Below are positions 38,646-48,708 of a stretch of DNA of 64,000 nucleotides, one piece after another (the first letter of the stretch is position 1; each line of letters begins with the position of its first letter). The position numbers and the translations under genes are program-made. This DNA comes from Gemmatimonadota bacterium. GTDB taxonomy: Bacteria > Gemmatimonadota > Gemmatimonadetes > Gemmatimonadales > Gemmatimonadaceae. A model generated the notes under the pieces. It searched no databases, was not told where the DNA came from, and saw only the letters and a program-made list of their open reading frames with translations. The stretch lies in NCBI GenBank assembly GCA_040389905.1, contig JAZJZK010000018.1, forward strand, positions 24,868 through 88,867, read 5' to 3'.

Positions 38646-39560
38646 TCATCCGGCGTTGGTTGCATTTTCGACCACCGCGTGAAGAAGGTTGAGCGCATCG
38701 GCCGGCCGCGACGTCAGCGTCAACCGCCAGCCTCCGTGAGCCGAGAGCAGTCGCGCGACATCGCGGTGGCGCTGCGGAAAACGGTCGAAGCCCGGTGCGA
38801 GTTGCTCGTGGAGCTCACGTTCAAGCACGTGTGCATCGACTCGCGCGAGTGAGGCGGTCGCTCCGCGCGCGAGCACGCACAGCGTGACGCCCGACGAGGC
38901 CATCCAAACCTGGGTGCCCGGTTGTTCGAGGGGGACCGAGACCTTCTCCGCCCCGTCCGTGATCAGTCGCGCGCGAGGAGGGCCGCCCCACACTCGCATC
39001 GTCGGGTCTTGCTGCACCCAGACGTGATCGTCGCTCAGCACCGCGATTCCCATGCGGTGCGCCATGTGTGCGAGGGTGCTCTTGCCCATGCCGCTACCAC
39101 CCGCGAGCAGGATGGCGCGTTCTTCGTGAAGAAGCCCCGCCGCGTGAATGGGATGCCGGTCGAAATGGGCGAGCAGCGAGAAGGTGATCGCGTCGAGAAA
39201 CTCGAGAGGAAAGCGAGGATCTTCCACGAGCGCGGGGCTCACGTGCGCCATACTCTCTCGACGCAACGGATCTGCGAGCCCAACACTATCCGCACTCTCG
39301 ACCAGGAGTCGGCCGTCACCCAGATCGAGGTGCTCGATCATGTTCGCTCCATGTGCGGCCGAGGCGTCGCCGCGTACAGCGATGCGTACGGCGACCGATT
39401 CGGTTACGAGCGTTCCGTTCCCAAGCGCGTTCAGCCAACCACCAAAGCGATCGTTCACGAGTCGCATGACGTGCTCGCTGTTCGATTCGAAGCGAACCGC
39501 GATGCCGAGCACAGGCAGTGTGGTCGCGAATGGCAGCGCTGGCCATCGAATCATATGCAT
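38646..39560 (-). CDS. HPr-kinase-like P-loop kinase
   Basis: IHAAG...LAGGSGMGKSTL...VLSDD. Confidence 0.85.
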   Translation of the reverse strand: MHMIRWPALPFATTLPVLGIAVRFESNSEHVMRLVNDRFGGWLNALGNGTLVTESVAVRIAVRGDASAAHGANMIEHLDLGDGRLLVESADSVGLADPLRRESMAHVSPALVEDPRFPLEFLDAITFSLLAHFDRHPIHAAGLLHEERAILLAGGSGMGKSTLAHMAHRMGIAVLSDDHVWVQQDPTMRVWGGPPRARLITDGAEKVSVPLEQPGTQVWMASSGVTLCVLARGATASLARVDAHVLERELHEQLAPGFDRFPQRHRDVARLLSAHGGWRLTLTSRPADALNLLHAVVENATNAG

Positions 39561-40651
39561 ATCTCCGCGAACATCGTTTCGAACGCCGCCGCGGTGGCGT
39601 CAGCGTCGAACGCGAGTGCACGAGCCTGTGCCGCGCGGGCGATCGCCAATCGTCGGGGCTCGTCGGCAAGTAGTGCGATTGTCTCTCGTGCAAGCGCCGT
39701 GGCATCACGCACGGGCACGGCAACGGCGGCGTACGGGGCCCAATCGGTGAAGTGTCCTACCGCCGTTCCCACACTCGGAACGCCGGCAATCGCCGCCTCG
39801 AGCAACACCATCGGCTCGGCTTCGTGTCGCGAGGAGACGATCAGCACATCCGCTGAATCCATGAGGGCGCGGAGCGATTGCCTGTCGAGCACTCCATGCC
39901 AGCGAACGATGTCGCGAAGCGCTTGCGCGTGCGACGACTGCTGGAGCGCGCCATTCATGGTGTCGAGCCCCACGACATCGAGTGTGAAGTCCAGGCCATC
40001 ATCGCGCATACGGACGGCGGCAGCGAGAAGCACCGCCTGGTCCTTGACGGGCCGCAAGTCGCCGACGTGGAGGAGTCGCGCGCGGCGGCGTGTATCTCGT
40101 GCTCGAACAACAGCGAGCGGCCATCGATCCGTCGCAACACCGAAAGGAATGAGCTGTGCTTGCACCCCGATTGCCCGCGCAGTATGGGCGAGATGGTGGG
40201 ACGGGACAGTCACTCGTGTCGCTCCGCGCAACGCGACGCGAAGTTCGAAGCGGCCACGGCGCGTCGACCGCAGGCCGTAGCCAATCTCCGGCATCGTGAC
40301 GAGCTCCCCGCCAGTGCAGTGAAAAGCGACTGGCACTCGAAACAACCAACCGAGAAGTGCTCCGTATGTACCGCCCCAGCCGAAGATCCCTTGGATGACC
40401 CGGAAGCTTGACGCACGATGCTCCTCGCGAAACGCCCTGAGGAGTCGCCCGCGCCATCCACGCCCCGGGCCGACATTGTGAATCGTCGCGCCGAGCAGTT
40501 CCCACTCGGCGGGTCGAGGCTCCTGGTTGAACGAGAAGACGTGCACCTCGTGGCGGCGTGCGAGTCGTTCGAGCAGCCAGAGAACAGCGGGAATCACGTG
40601 CACGCTCCCGCTTCGGTCCACGCCACCGTGAATGAGGATGGCGATCTTCAC
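39551..40651 (-). CDS. GT4 glycosyltransferase
   Basis: VKDQ, SRHEAEPMVLLEA; GTGA overlap with the upstream stop. Confidence 0.88.
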   Translation of the reverse strand: MKIAILIHGGVDRSGSVHVIPAVLWLLERLARRHEVHVFSFNQEPRPAEWELLGATIHNVGPGRGWRGRLLRAFREEHRASSFRVIQGIFGWGGTYGALLGWLFRVPVAFHCTGGELVTMPEIGYGLRSTRRGRFELRVALRGATRVTVPSHHLAHTARAIGVQAQLIPFGVATDRWPLAVVRARDTRRRARLLHVGDLRPVKDQAVLLAAAVRMRDDGLDFTLDVVGLDTMNGALQQSSHAQALRDIVRWHGVLDRQSLRALMDSADVLIVSSRHEAEPMVLLEAAIAGVPSVGTAVGHFTDWAPYAAVAVPVRDATALARETIALLADEPRRLAIARAAQARALAFDADATAAAFETMFAEICI

Positions 40652-41829
40652 GGCAGCGAAAGTCCCGGTTCCGCGTCGCGTCGCAGATGCGCCAGGCATT
40701 TGCGCGCAATCAGCTTTTTTCTTCCGTCGAGGGACGCCTCGACGACCGGTATGCCGCAGTGCTCGAACCAATCGGCAAAATCGGGATCGGCGACCGCGGG
40801 GACACCGGCGCGTACGACGGCGCGAATGTCGCTTCTGGTCGTTCCGAGCAGCGCTCCGCATGGATTGCCGGATGCAGGCAGGATGATGCAGTCCGCCCGG
40901 TGGCGCGAGGTCAGTTCGCCAGCCCGAGGTGCACGCAGGACGCGCGCAGCATCGGTCGTCACCAGTTGAAACAACTCGGCAGGCGTGAGGTCGCTGCATG
41001 CCTGCGCCACGCGGAGTTCTTCCAGGAGATCTCGCGACCCCGTGAGGCGAGAGTCCGTACCGAGTGCGAGACGCCCTGCGTTGAAGAGCCTGCGAGCATC
41101 GAGCGTCCGACCGAACATCGAGCGGTTGCTCGACGGGCACCATATGACAGCGGCCCGTGCCCCGATCACGCGATCGACGTCGCGCTCGGAAAGTCCAACA
41201 CCGTGAACGAGTACGGTGTTGGATGCGAGGCATCCCAAGGCTTCCAGCTGCTCGAGTTCCGCCGCGGCGATGTCATCGATGCCTTCGGCCAGGTGAATGA
41301 TCCACGGCATGGACGCCGAGGTCGCGTTGAAGCTTTCGAGAACGGCTGGCCCGTATCGAGGCCGGTGGCCGGGGCTGGACGCACCGAGGCCGAGTGAGTG
41401 ACACCATCCGAATTCCTTCAGTAATTCCGCGGGGAAGCTCGGATCGGCGAGCGCGACGTGCCACGGATCGTGATGAGCGACGGTCGTGGCTCCGGCCAGA
41501 ATATTCTTTACCCCCCCCTGCCAATACCGTTCGTGGCGCGTCATCGCAGTAAGGGCGCCAGGCGCCTCAGCAAGCGTTTGCGACCAGGCGTCGATCCACT
41601 GGTAGCTGTTTGCGAACGGCGGCAAATGCTCCAGCGGCGCAATGCCATTCAGGTGGAGGTGATCGTGTGCATTGATGAGGCCTGGCAAGATCATGTGATC
41701 GTGCAGATCAATCCGTAGAGCACCAGCACGAGGTGCGCCACCAACGACTCCGTCGCTGAACGCGAGCGACTTCGCCACAACGCCATCGGGTGTAACCACC
41801 CGGGCATTGTCGAGAATGATCGCGCTCAC
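40648..41829 (-). CDS. Amidohydrolase / deaminase (SsnA/MtaD-like)
   Basis: PGLINAHDHL, HLAEG, LVHGV, LGTDS. Confidence 0.88.
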   Translation of the reverse strand: MSAIILDNARVVTPDGVVAKSLAFSDGVVGGAPRAGALRIDLHDHMILPGLINAHDHLHLNGIAPLEHLPPFANSYQWIDAWSQTLAEAPGALTAMTRHERYWQGGVKNILAGATTVAHHDPWHVALADPSFPAELLKEFGWCHSLGLGASSPGHRPRYGPAVLESFNATSASMPWIIHLAEGIDDIAAAELEQLEALGCLASNTVLVHGVGLSERDVDRVIGARAAVIWCPSSNRSMFGRTLDARRLFNAGRLALGTDSRLTGSRDLLEELRVAQACSDLTPAELFQLVTTDAARVLRAPRAGELTSRHRADCIILPASGNPCGALLGTTRSDIRAVVRAGVPAVADPDFADWFEHCGIPVVEASLDGRKKLIARKCLAHLRRDAEPGLSLP

Positions 41830-41850
41830 CTGGCCCGGTGCCTCAGTGTG

Positions 41851-42807
41851 TCAGGCAAGGGATTGCACGGGGCGCGCTCGGCGCGCCAGCCATTCGCCGT
41901 ACATTCCACTCACATGCGCCAGTTGCCGGCTCGTTTGACCTTTCTCACTCGCAACGGTGCAGACGAAAAGCACGTGAGAGCCAATGCGATGTGCGTCAGT
42001 CACCGTGAGCTCTCGCACCAAACCAGGCTGCGCGAGCACTGGAAGGCCGAACAGATCCGAAGGACGAACAGCCACTGGTATTGAAGCAAACTCGATACTC
42101 CGCATGTGATGCTGCTTGCCGAGTGCATAGACTTCCCTGTGCAACGCGGCGGGAGCGCCACTCATCGCAATTCGACGCGAATCCTCCATCACCGCAATCG
42201 ATGCACTCGTTGCGCGCAGCGTCAGGAGATACTCGCCTGAAGAAAGCGAACCAACGAGATCCATCGGGAACAGGTTCGTGCTCGTATCATTGGCGACGCC
42301 GACGAGAAACACCGGCCGCGCAACGATGTAATACGCGTTGAGGCAGCGCAGATCCCTCGCCGACATCCTGAGACGATCGCCGCGTGCTGCCGATCGACTC
42401 GCGTGGCGCGCAGCCAGCAGGTACCGCCACCATCGAATCGGCGGCGACACACACCGGTTGTGACATCCGGTCGTCTCGACCAGAAGCAAGACGCCCTGTG
42501 AGAGGGAGACCCTTCCGGTGACGCTCAGGTGAATGGATGCGAGCGCAACGGCGGCTTCCTTCGCGTCGAAGATGTCCAGCCTCAGCGGCATACCAGGCGT
42601 CGTATTGCCGATGACAGTGGGATCGACATGCAACCCTATCATGAAGGGGCGGAGCGAGACGGGAACGTGCGCTGAAGAAACGTCGAGCGCACCCACGGGA
42701 AGACCGTGGAGCACGACACGAACCTCGGGCTGCCGCTCGTCAGGGAGTGCAATTGGCATGTGACGAAGGTCCCTGCCATTTCTGATCAAGCGCAGAAACC
42801 CGATCAC
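41851..42807 (-). CDS. Flavin-reductase-like (split-barrel) protein
   Basis: RPVFLV...NLFPMDL...IGSHVLF. Confidence 0.6.
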   Translation of the reverse strand: MIGFLRLIRNGRDLRHMPIALPDERQPEVRVVLHGLPVGALDVSSAHVPVSLRPFMIGLHVDPTVIGNTTPGMPLRLDIFDAKEAAVALASIHLSVTGRVSLSQGVLLLVETTGCHNRCVSPPIRWWRYLLAARHASRSAARGDRLRMSARDLRCLNAYYIVARPVFLVGVANDTSTNLFPMDLVGSLSSGEYLLTLRATSASIAVMEDSRRIAMSGAPAALHREVYALGKQHHMRSIEFASIPVAVRPSDLFGLPVLAQPGLVRELTVTDAHRIGSHVLFVCTVASEKGQTSRQLAHVSGMYGEWLARRARPVQSLA

Positions 42808-43505
42808 CGCGATTTCCTTAGAACAAGCGTGACGAAGTTGCTCGCGCCGCCGTCGCGCACTTCATCGACGGCGAGCGTAAAACAAGGTTGCGCCATCCTC
42901 CGCAGTGAACGCGAAAAGTGGCGGTACGTCGTCACTGCTCCATCGACCTTGATCGATCCCGTCCAGACAGATGTCGCAGCTCCCCTCCACCACCAGAGCT
43001 TCTTCATGTCCCGGCGGTAGAACGGATTGAGCACACTGGCGATTACCGCTCCGTCGCGCACCATGTACCGCTCCAGCAGCCGCAGCAGGGGATTCAAGTC
43101 GCGAAAGTGATTCAGTACCGCAAAATTGGCTGCCACGGCGGTGACGGGACCCGTGCGCTCCAACATTGCGATCAGGTTGTCCAGATCGCCGTCGACCGGC
43201 GCAATCACTCCTGCGGCAATCTCCGCCGCGCAACGCGTCCTCAAGAGATTGACCATGCCACGGGATATGTCATAGGCAATGACCTGATGACCTCGCGCCG
43301 CGTACCAAGCGGCGTCAATACCGGTGCCGCACCCGAAATCGAGCAACGTTCCCCGTGGGCCAGCGATCGCGGAGACACGCCGACAGAACGCCTCTCGCGC
43401 GGTGACGTTCCTCGCGACACCGTCGACGTCTGCGTCATACCGTGCGGCGATGGCGTCGTAATACCTCGCCGTCTGTTCTGCCTCTTCACGCGTACCGTAC
43501 GTCAC
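42804..43505 (-). CDS. Class I SAM methyltransferase
   Basis: LLDFGCGTGID, NFAVLNH. Confidence 0.88.
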   Translation of the reverse strand: MTYGTREEAEQTARYYDAIAARYDADVDGVARNVTAREAFCRRVSAIAGPRGTLLDFGCGTGIDAAWYAARGHQVIAYDISRGMVNLLRTRCAAEIAAGVIAPVDGDLDNLIAMLERTGPVTAVAANFAVLNHFRDLNPLLRLLERYMVRDGAVIASVLNPFYRRDMKKLWWWRGAATSVWTGSIKVDGAVTTYRHFSRSLRRMAQPCFTLAVDEVRDGGASNFVTLVLRKSR

Positions 43506-44566
43506 TATTCCCGACCGTCGGTCAATGACAGCGTGCAAACACACGTGCGACAGATCGCGTTCCGCTCAACGTCGAGCCCAGCCCTCCATTCGATCGCTGC
43601 CGACGAATTGAGAATGGCGACGAGACTCCCGGACTCGTGAATGTTTCCGAGCGGCGCCTGAAAGAAACACGGCCGCACGGTGCCATCAGACTCGATCACG
43701 CTCGACACCCACGGCGCGTTACACCGGTTGGGATGAAACACGTCGTGGCCACGGAGCGCCGCGTAGTACTGGCTCAGGCGCCACCGTAGTTTTTCCGGCG
43801 ACTCCGCGATGAAGCCGGACGCAAACTCCGCCGCGAACTCCGATTCGAGCGCGTCGATCTCGCGCGACAATGCAGCGATCTCCGACGGCTCGAGTGCCAC
43901 GGGACGGACGCTTTCGTCTGTCCATCCGCCGGGATGATTGAATGCGTCGCTCGTAACATCCGCCGCGAGGAAGCTGATGCGATCGAGCGACAATGAACGC
44001 GCTGCGTCCACCGTTGCCCGCAACTGATCGTGATTGGCGCGCTGCACCGTACAGCGACCCGAGATGCGGACGGTTGCGTCCGCGGCCTTCACGGCGGCGA
44101 CGCCGCGCGCGAGACGCTCGTACGCGCGCGGCACGTTGCGAATTCGATCGTGGATGGCCTCTGGTCCGTCCAGGCTCACCACGACATCGTCACACCGTTT
44201 GACCAGCTCGGCGGCATGCCGCTCGAGGAGAAGACCCGTGCTCAGGATCGAAATGCCGACGCCCGCCGTGCGCAGCAGATCGCAAAATTCCCAGAGATGC
44301 GAATGCATCAGCGCCTCTCCGCCGCTCAGAACAACCCGACGCACGCCGAGCGCGCGCCATTCATCGATCCACTTCGCAATGTCCGATGCGGCGAGTTCGG
44401 ACTTCGTGGTCGACCGCCAGATGTCGCACATCATGCAGCGACAGTTGCAGCGACTGTGCGGAAAGAGAATGAGAATCGGTAACTGCGTAATGGGATCCAC
44501 GCGCGGGAGTGCCACGTCTCGCTGTTCCAGTGGCGCGGGAGTCGGCCTCGGATCGAGTATCGTCAT
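43505..44566 (-). CDS. Radical SAM enzyme with SPASM/Twitch domain
   Basis: CNCRCMMC, SGGE, CNAPW...DGTVRPC...CRTCVC. Confidence 0.9.
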   Translation of the reverse strand: MTILDPRPTPAPLEQRDVALPRVDPITQLPILILFPHSRCNCRCMMCDIWRSTTKSELAASDIAKWIDEWRALGVRRVVLSGGEALMHSHLWEFCDLLRTAGVGISILSTGLLLERHAAELVKRCDDVVVSLDGPEAIHDRIRNVPRAYERLARGVAAVKAADATVRISGRCTVQRANHDQLRATVDAARSLSLDRISFLAADVTSDAFNHPGGWTDESVRPVALEPSEIAALSREIDALESEFAAEFASGFIAESPEKLRWRLSQYYAALRGHDVFHPNRCNAPWVSSVIESDGTVRPCFFQAPLGNIHESGSLVAILNSSAAIEWRAGLDVERNAICRTCVCTLSLTDGRE

Positions 44567-45678
44567 CGGACGAGCGCCGCGTATGCGTCGCCCAGTTGCC
44601 GTCCGATCGCGTCATAGGTCAGTGCATCGTCGAATCGCGCCCTCACGACAACGCGCAACGCGGCCTTGTCGCGCGACGCCCACTGGATGATCGCGTTGCC
44701 CAGCGCGGGCGCATCGCCCACAGGCGTCAGTGACCCGGCATCGCCCACAATCCGTCGCGCCGACGGAATGTCCGTGACCAAGGGCGTGGCGCCCGCCGCA
44801 ATCGCCTCGAGCAAGGCGAGACTCCCTCCTTCACGATGACTGGTTTGGACAAAAAAGTCGGCCGACCGCGCTCGCAGTTCGATCTCATCGCGCGGCCGCG
44901 TGCCGAGCAGCGTGACGCGGTCCTTAAGTAGAGTGGAGCTCGCGATCCGCGCCTGTACCTGCTCGAGCAGTGGCGCCTCGCCGAAGCAGCACCAGAGCTG
45001 CAATCCGGGCAGTGCCTTCACCGCATGCTCCACGGCGCTGAGCATCATCATCGGATCCTTGTTCGCATCGAGGCGGCCGCACCAGAAGAGACAGGGGTCG
45101 CCGAACATCCCCGTCAGCTGTCGTGCCGTGTCGCGGTCGCCGACGGCAAAGTCACTGGAACCGCTGAGCACTTCGAAGATGGGGAGCTTTTCCCGAAGAA
45201 TTCGCGCGTTCTTCCACGGTATCGCCTGGTCGCGCGAAGTGAACGTCGCCCCCGCGAGTACGCCGTGCGCCCACCGCCATGCGGCGACTCGCCAGCCCGA
45301 TGGCAACTGGTTTCCGCGGTCCTGCACGACGATCGGCGCACCGCGCACGGCGCGCGACAAGGGGCGCATCGCACGGGGGAAGTTGAGACCTTGCACGTGG
45401 ACAACGTCAGGACGCAGCAACGACACGATGTCCATAACGCGACTCCACTCTCGGTGCGCGCCAGCGACAAAATGAAATGGAACGCCGTCGCGCTCGATCA
45501 TCTCGGACCGGTGTGCGGTCTGCACGACCGTCACGTCAATGCCCGCGCGCGCCGTTGCTGCGGCCATCGCGGGAAGCAGGGGCCACGCGTGCAGCAACGC
45601 CGCCCCGTCGCGCTGCTGAGGATCCGCAAAAAGACTGAGCTGCACGACGCGAAGTCTGGGCAACCGCGGCGAGGTCAT
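44563..45678 (-). CDS. GT4 glycosyltransferase
   Basis: GRLDANKDP, SHREGGSLALLEA. Confidence 0.88.
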   Translation of the reverse strand: MTSPRLPRLRVVQLSLFADPQQRDGAALLHAWPLLPAMAAATARAGIDVTVVQTAHRSEMIERDGVPFHFVAGAHREWSRVMDIVSLLRPDVVHVQGLNFPRAMRPLSRAVRGAPIVVQDRGNQLPSGWRVAAWRWAHGVLAGATFTSRDQAIPWKNARILREKLPIFEVLSGSSDFAVGDRDTARQLTGMFGDPCLFWCGRLDANKDPMMMLSAVEHAVKALPGLQLWCCFGEAPLLEQVQARIASSTLLKDRVTLLGTRPRDEIELRARSADFFVQTSHREGGSLALLEAIAAGATPLVTDIPSARRIVGDAGSLTPVGDAPALGNAIIQWASRDKAALRVVVRARFDDALTYDAIGRQLGDAYAALVR

Positions 45679-46349
45679 CGCTCCGAGCCCTCGGACTTGC
45701 GCAGCAGGCGTGCTGCGACCAACGGCGACCCGAATTGGGCAGTGTAGGCGGAGAGGCGCCCCGCCTCCTCATAGTAGTGTCGCACCGTCGGGCCAACATG
45801 TCCCATCACGTGCCGCTCGACGTGGAGCCCCACGGCGCGCGCTGCGCGCTGGTGCGCGAGATCGTCATGCACGAAATGCTCGAGCTCACGCGGGACGCCA
45901 TCGGCATCCACGAAGGTTCTCCGATGCCCGGCGGCGATCGCCTCCGGAGCAATGTCGGTCACGATCACCCGGCCGCCCGGCACACAGACGCGCGAAAGTT
46001 CAGCGTAGGCCGCAACGACGTCGTACACGTGCCCAATCATGAGACGGCACCAAACGATATCGAACGCGCACTCGGCAAGGGGAAGCGCGCAGACATCCGC
46101 GACGACGAGCGTGCGCGCGTCCTTCGCCGCGGCGAGCATGTCGAGCGACAGATCCACGCCAATCGCGATCGCGGCATTCGTCTCACGTAACCGGCGCGCG
46201 GTTCCGCATCCAACGTCGAGCAGCGCACATGCCGCCGTCGCAACGTGCAGTGCGGCGACCGTTTCATTCTCGAGATGACTCACCACGGTTTCCTGCTCGT
46301 AGTGCGCCGCCCACAACGCATATCCTTCTCGTGCGGTGAGCACGCTCAC
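45675..46349 (-). CDS. Class I SAM methyltransferase (BioC-like)
   Basis: EGYALWAAHY, LDVGCGT; GTGA overlap. Confidence 0.85.
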   Translation of the reverse strand: MSVLTAREGYALWAAHYEQETVVSHLENETVAALHVATAACALLDVGCGTARRLRETNAAIAIGVDLSLDMLAAAKDARTLVVADVCALPLAECAFDIVWCRLMIGHVYDVVAAYAELSRVCVPGGRVIVTDIAPEAIAAGHRRTFVDADGVPRELEHFVHDDLAHQRAARAVGLHVERHVMGHVGPTVRHYYEEAGRLSAYTAQFGSPLVAARLLRKSEGSER

Positions 46350-47872
46350 GCTGAACCAACGTTCGCGATCGTCGCCGGGGCTCGCAGGTGGCCGTACGCT
46401 TGCGCATCGGGTGGCGCCCGATGTGCGAGCCGCCGAACGAGACGCAACATGCGCGGATCGGCATAGTGGCCGGTTGACCAACGGCGCGCGGCGAGCACCC
46501 GGCCAAGGGCCTTTCCCCAGTCCGCCGTCTTGGCATCCTGCACCGAGGGAAATCGGCTCTTGAGCACCATCTCGAAATCGGTCACCTTCGCCTTGAGACG
46601 CGTATCCATCCACGGCACGAGGGGATCTTCGTGCGTCATCCAGGCAACCCACTCCGGCTCGATCCATTCGTCGAGCGTCTGTGGCGTGGACGACACCGCG
46701 TCGACGTTACCGTACGTCCCGCGGCGCTGCGGCGTCGGAGTGTAGAAATAGGTGATCAACTCCATCAGCGGATTGACGTGCTTCAGCCTCCGGATGAAGG
46801 CGAGCGTTTCATCGATTCCGCGCTCGGGATCATCGGGATCGCCGAACACGAATGAGAACTCAGGAATGACGCCGTGCGTACGTGACCGCGCTGCGACCTC
46901 GAGAATCTGCGCGGTCGTCGTTCCCTTGTTCATCTTCGCGAGCACCTCGTCCGAACCAGATTCCGCGCCGCAAAACACCATGGTCAGTCCGGCGCGCTTC
47001 AACAGCGTCCAGGTGTCGTCGGAGAATCGGGTCAGTGCGTCGACGCGCGCCTCACACCACCACTTGAGCCCCAACGGTATCAACCGCTCGGCGAGCTCGC
47101 GTGCGTGATCCTCCCTGACGAAGAAGTTGTTGTCGTAGAAATGCACGGAATCCATTCCGTGCTCGCGAGCGAGATACGTGAGATGCTCCACGGTGCGGGC
47201 AGGCGCCTGCATGCGTTCTCGGCTGCCGAACACGGAGATCACGCCGCAGAACTTGCAGCCGAAGGGACAGCCAATCGACGACTGATATACCCCTGATCGT
47301 CGTCCGAGAAACGTCGGCCGCAGATAGTCGGCAACAGCGATCTTGTGGTACGGCGGCGCCGGCAGCTCATCGGGTCCTTTCCAGTGACGCTCCCTCCCGA
47401 TCCAGTGGCTGCCGTCGGTCTCCCGAAAGCACAGCCCATCCACTGATCGAGCATCACGACTTCCAGCAAGCACGGCGAGCAACTCGACGATCGTTTCCTC
47501 GCCCTGCCCCCGAACGACCCAGTCGACGTATGACGCATTGAGGACTGGTGCGGGATAGAGACTCGGAAAGTTCCCGCCCCAGACGATGGCGACGTCTGGA
47601 TGACGCGCCTTCAATGCGCGCGCGAGCGGAACCGCGCTGACCAGCTGTGGACCTGGCATGACGGAGAACGCGGCGACCCTCACCGGATCGCCACGACGGG
47701 CACCCGCGTCGATATGTGCGGTCAGCTCCTCGAGGACGTCCACATCCGGCAGATTCCCGTCGACGATCTCCCAGTTCACCTCAGCAGGCAACGCCGCACC
47801 CACCGCCATGACTGACAGTGGAAAACGCCGATTCGAGGGGCGCGTGGCCCGCGGGTTTATGAGCAGGATCAT
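46346..47872 (-). CDS. B12-binding radical SAM enzyme
   Basis: Cobalamin domain (WGGNFPS, RGQGE), GCPFGCKFC, GAESGS. Confidence 0.92.
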   Translation of the reverse strand: MILLINPRATRPSNRRFPLSVMAVGAALPAEVNWEIVDGNLPDVDVLEELTAHIDAGARRGDPVRVAAFSVMPGPQLVSAVPLARALKARHPDVAIVWGGNFPSLYPAPVLNASYVDWVVRGQGEETIVELLAVLAGSRDARSVDGLCFRETDGSHWIGRERHWKGPDELPAPPYHKIAVADYLRPTFLGRRSGVYQSSIGCPFGCKFCGVISVFGSRERMQAPARTVEHLTYLAREHGMDSVHFYDNNFFVREDHARELAERLIPLGLKWWCEARVDALTRFSDDTWTLLKRAGLTMVFCGAESGSDEVLAKMNKGTTTAQILEVAARSRTHGVIPEFSFVFGDPDDPERGIDETLAFIRRLKHVNPLMELITYFYTPTPQRRGTYGNVDAVSSTPQTLDEWIEPEWVAWMTHEDPLVPWMDTRLKAKVTDFEMVLKSRFPSVQDAKTADWGKALGRVLAARRWSTGHYADPRMLRLVRRLAHRAPPDAQAYGHLRAPATIANVGSA

Positions 47873-48708
47873 CGAATGCTATCCGGCGCGGCCATTTCGG
47901 TGCGCTCGAACTCCAGCAGCACATGATCCCCGAAGACTGCCAGCGGTTTCGACACGACGCGGTCGAGCGCTTCGAGCACGCCGAGCGCGCGCGGATGCCG
48001 CGAGATCCATGGCTCCGCCGCACTGGGTGGCACGAACACGCCGATGCCGCGACGGCCGATATAGTGGAACCAAGGCTGGAACGCCCGACGGAAGTCGGCT
48101 GCGCGATGATAGCGTACGGTGAACTCCTGACCACCAAGTCGCGCATGCACATCGCCGGTGGCCAACCGCCGCACTGCCGCCTTGGGATCTCCCCTGATCA
48201 TCTGCACGACGAACTCGCCCGGCGAGCAGATACCGAACACGACGAGCAACACCCGAGCGCCGGGACGCAGTGCAATGGCTAGCCCGCGAGCGACTGACGT
48301 GAGCTGCGTGGTGCAATTGAGCGCAGCGAAGTTCGAGAACGCGCCGTCAAATCGTTGCGCACCGTCCACGCATACGGGCGAAAGATCCTCCGCGGAGGCG
48401 ACCACCGGCGTCTCGAGTCCGTACGGACGAACTTTTTCCGCGGCGATGCGGACCATCGAGGGTGATGGATCGGTGAGGAATACAGTGCGGCCGCGCTCGG
48501 CCAGCCAGGCGGCGTCCTCGCCAGTACCCCCGCCCAGCTCGAGCAATCTCGAACCGTTGGGAAAGGCCTCCACCAGTGCGGCCCGGACGGCACGACGCTG
48601 TGCTGAAACGCTCTCCCATGCGCCAAACCGGGCATCGAAGCGTTCGGCAACGGCGTCGAATGCCCGGACGGCGGGAGCCAGCTCAAGCGTCGACGCCGGC
48701 GACACCAT
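47869..48708 (-). CDS. Class I SAM methyltransferase
   Basis: LELGGGTGEDA, FSNFAALNC. Confidence 0.88.
   Translation of the reverse strand: MVSPASTLELAPAVRAFDAVAERFDARFGAWESVSAQRRAVRAALVEAFPNGSRLLELGGGTGEDAAWLAERGRTVFLTDPSPSMVRIAAEKVRPYGLETPVVASAEDLSPVCVDGAQRFDGAFSNFAALNCTTQLTSVARGLAIALRPGARVLLVVFGICSPGEFVVQMIRGDPKAAVRRLATGDVHARLGGQEFTVRYHRAADFRRAFQPWFHYIGRRGIGVFVPPSAAEPWISRHPRALGVLEALDRVVSKPLAVFGDHVLLEFERTEMAAPDSIR

Noticed and set aside
39551..41233. 560-aa ORF, and similar long N-terminal extensions (45675-46667, 32227, 33546, 50868-52295, 60571)
   Set aside because: The extensions overlap real neighbouring genes; coupled GTG/ATG starts fit better
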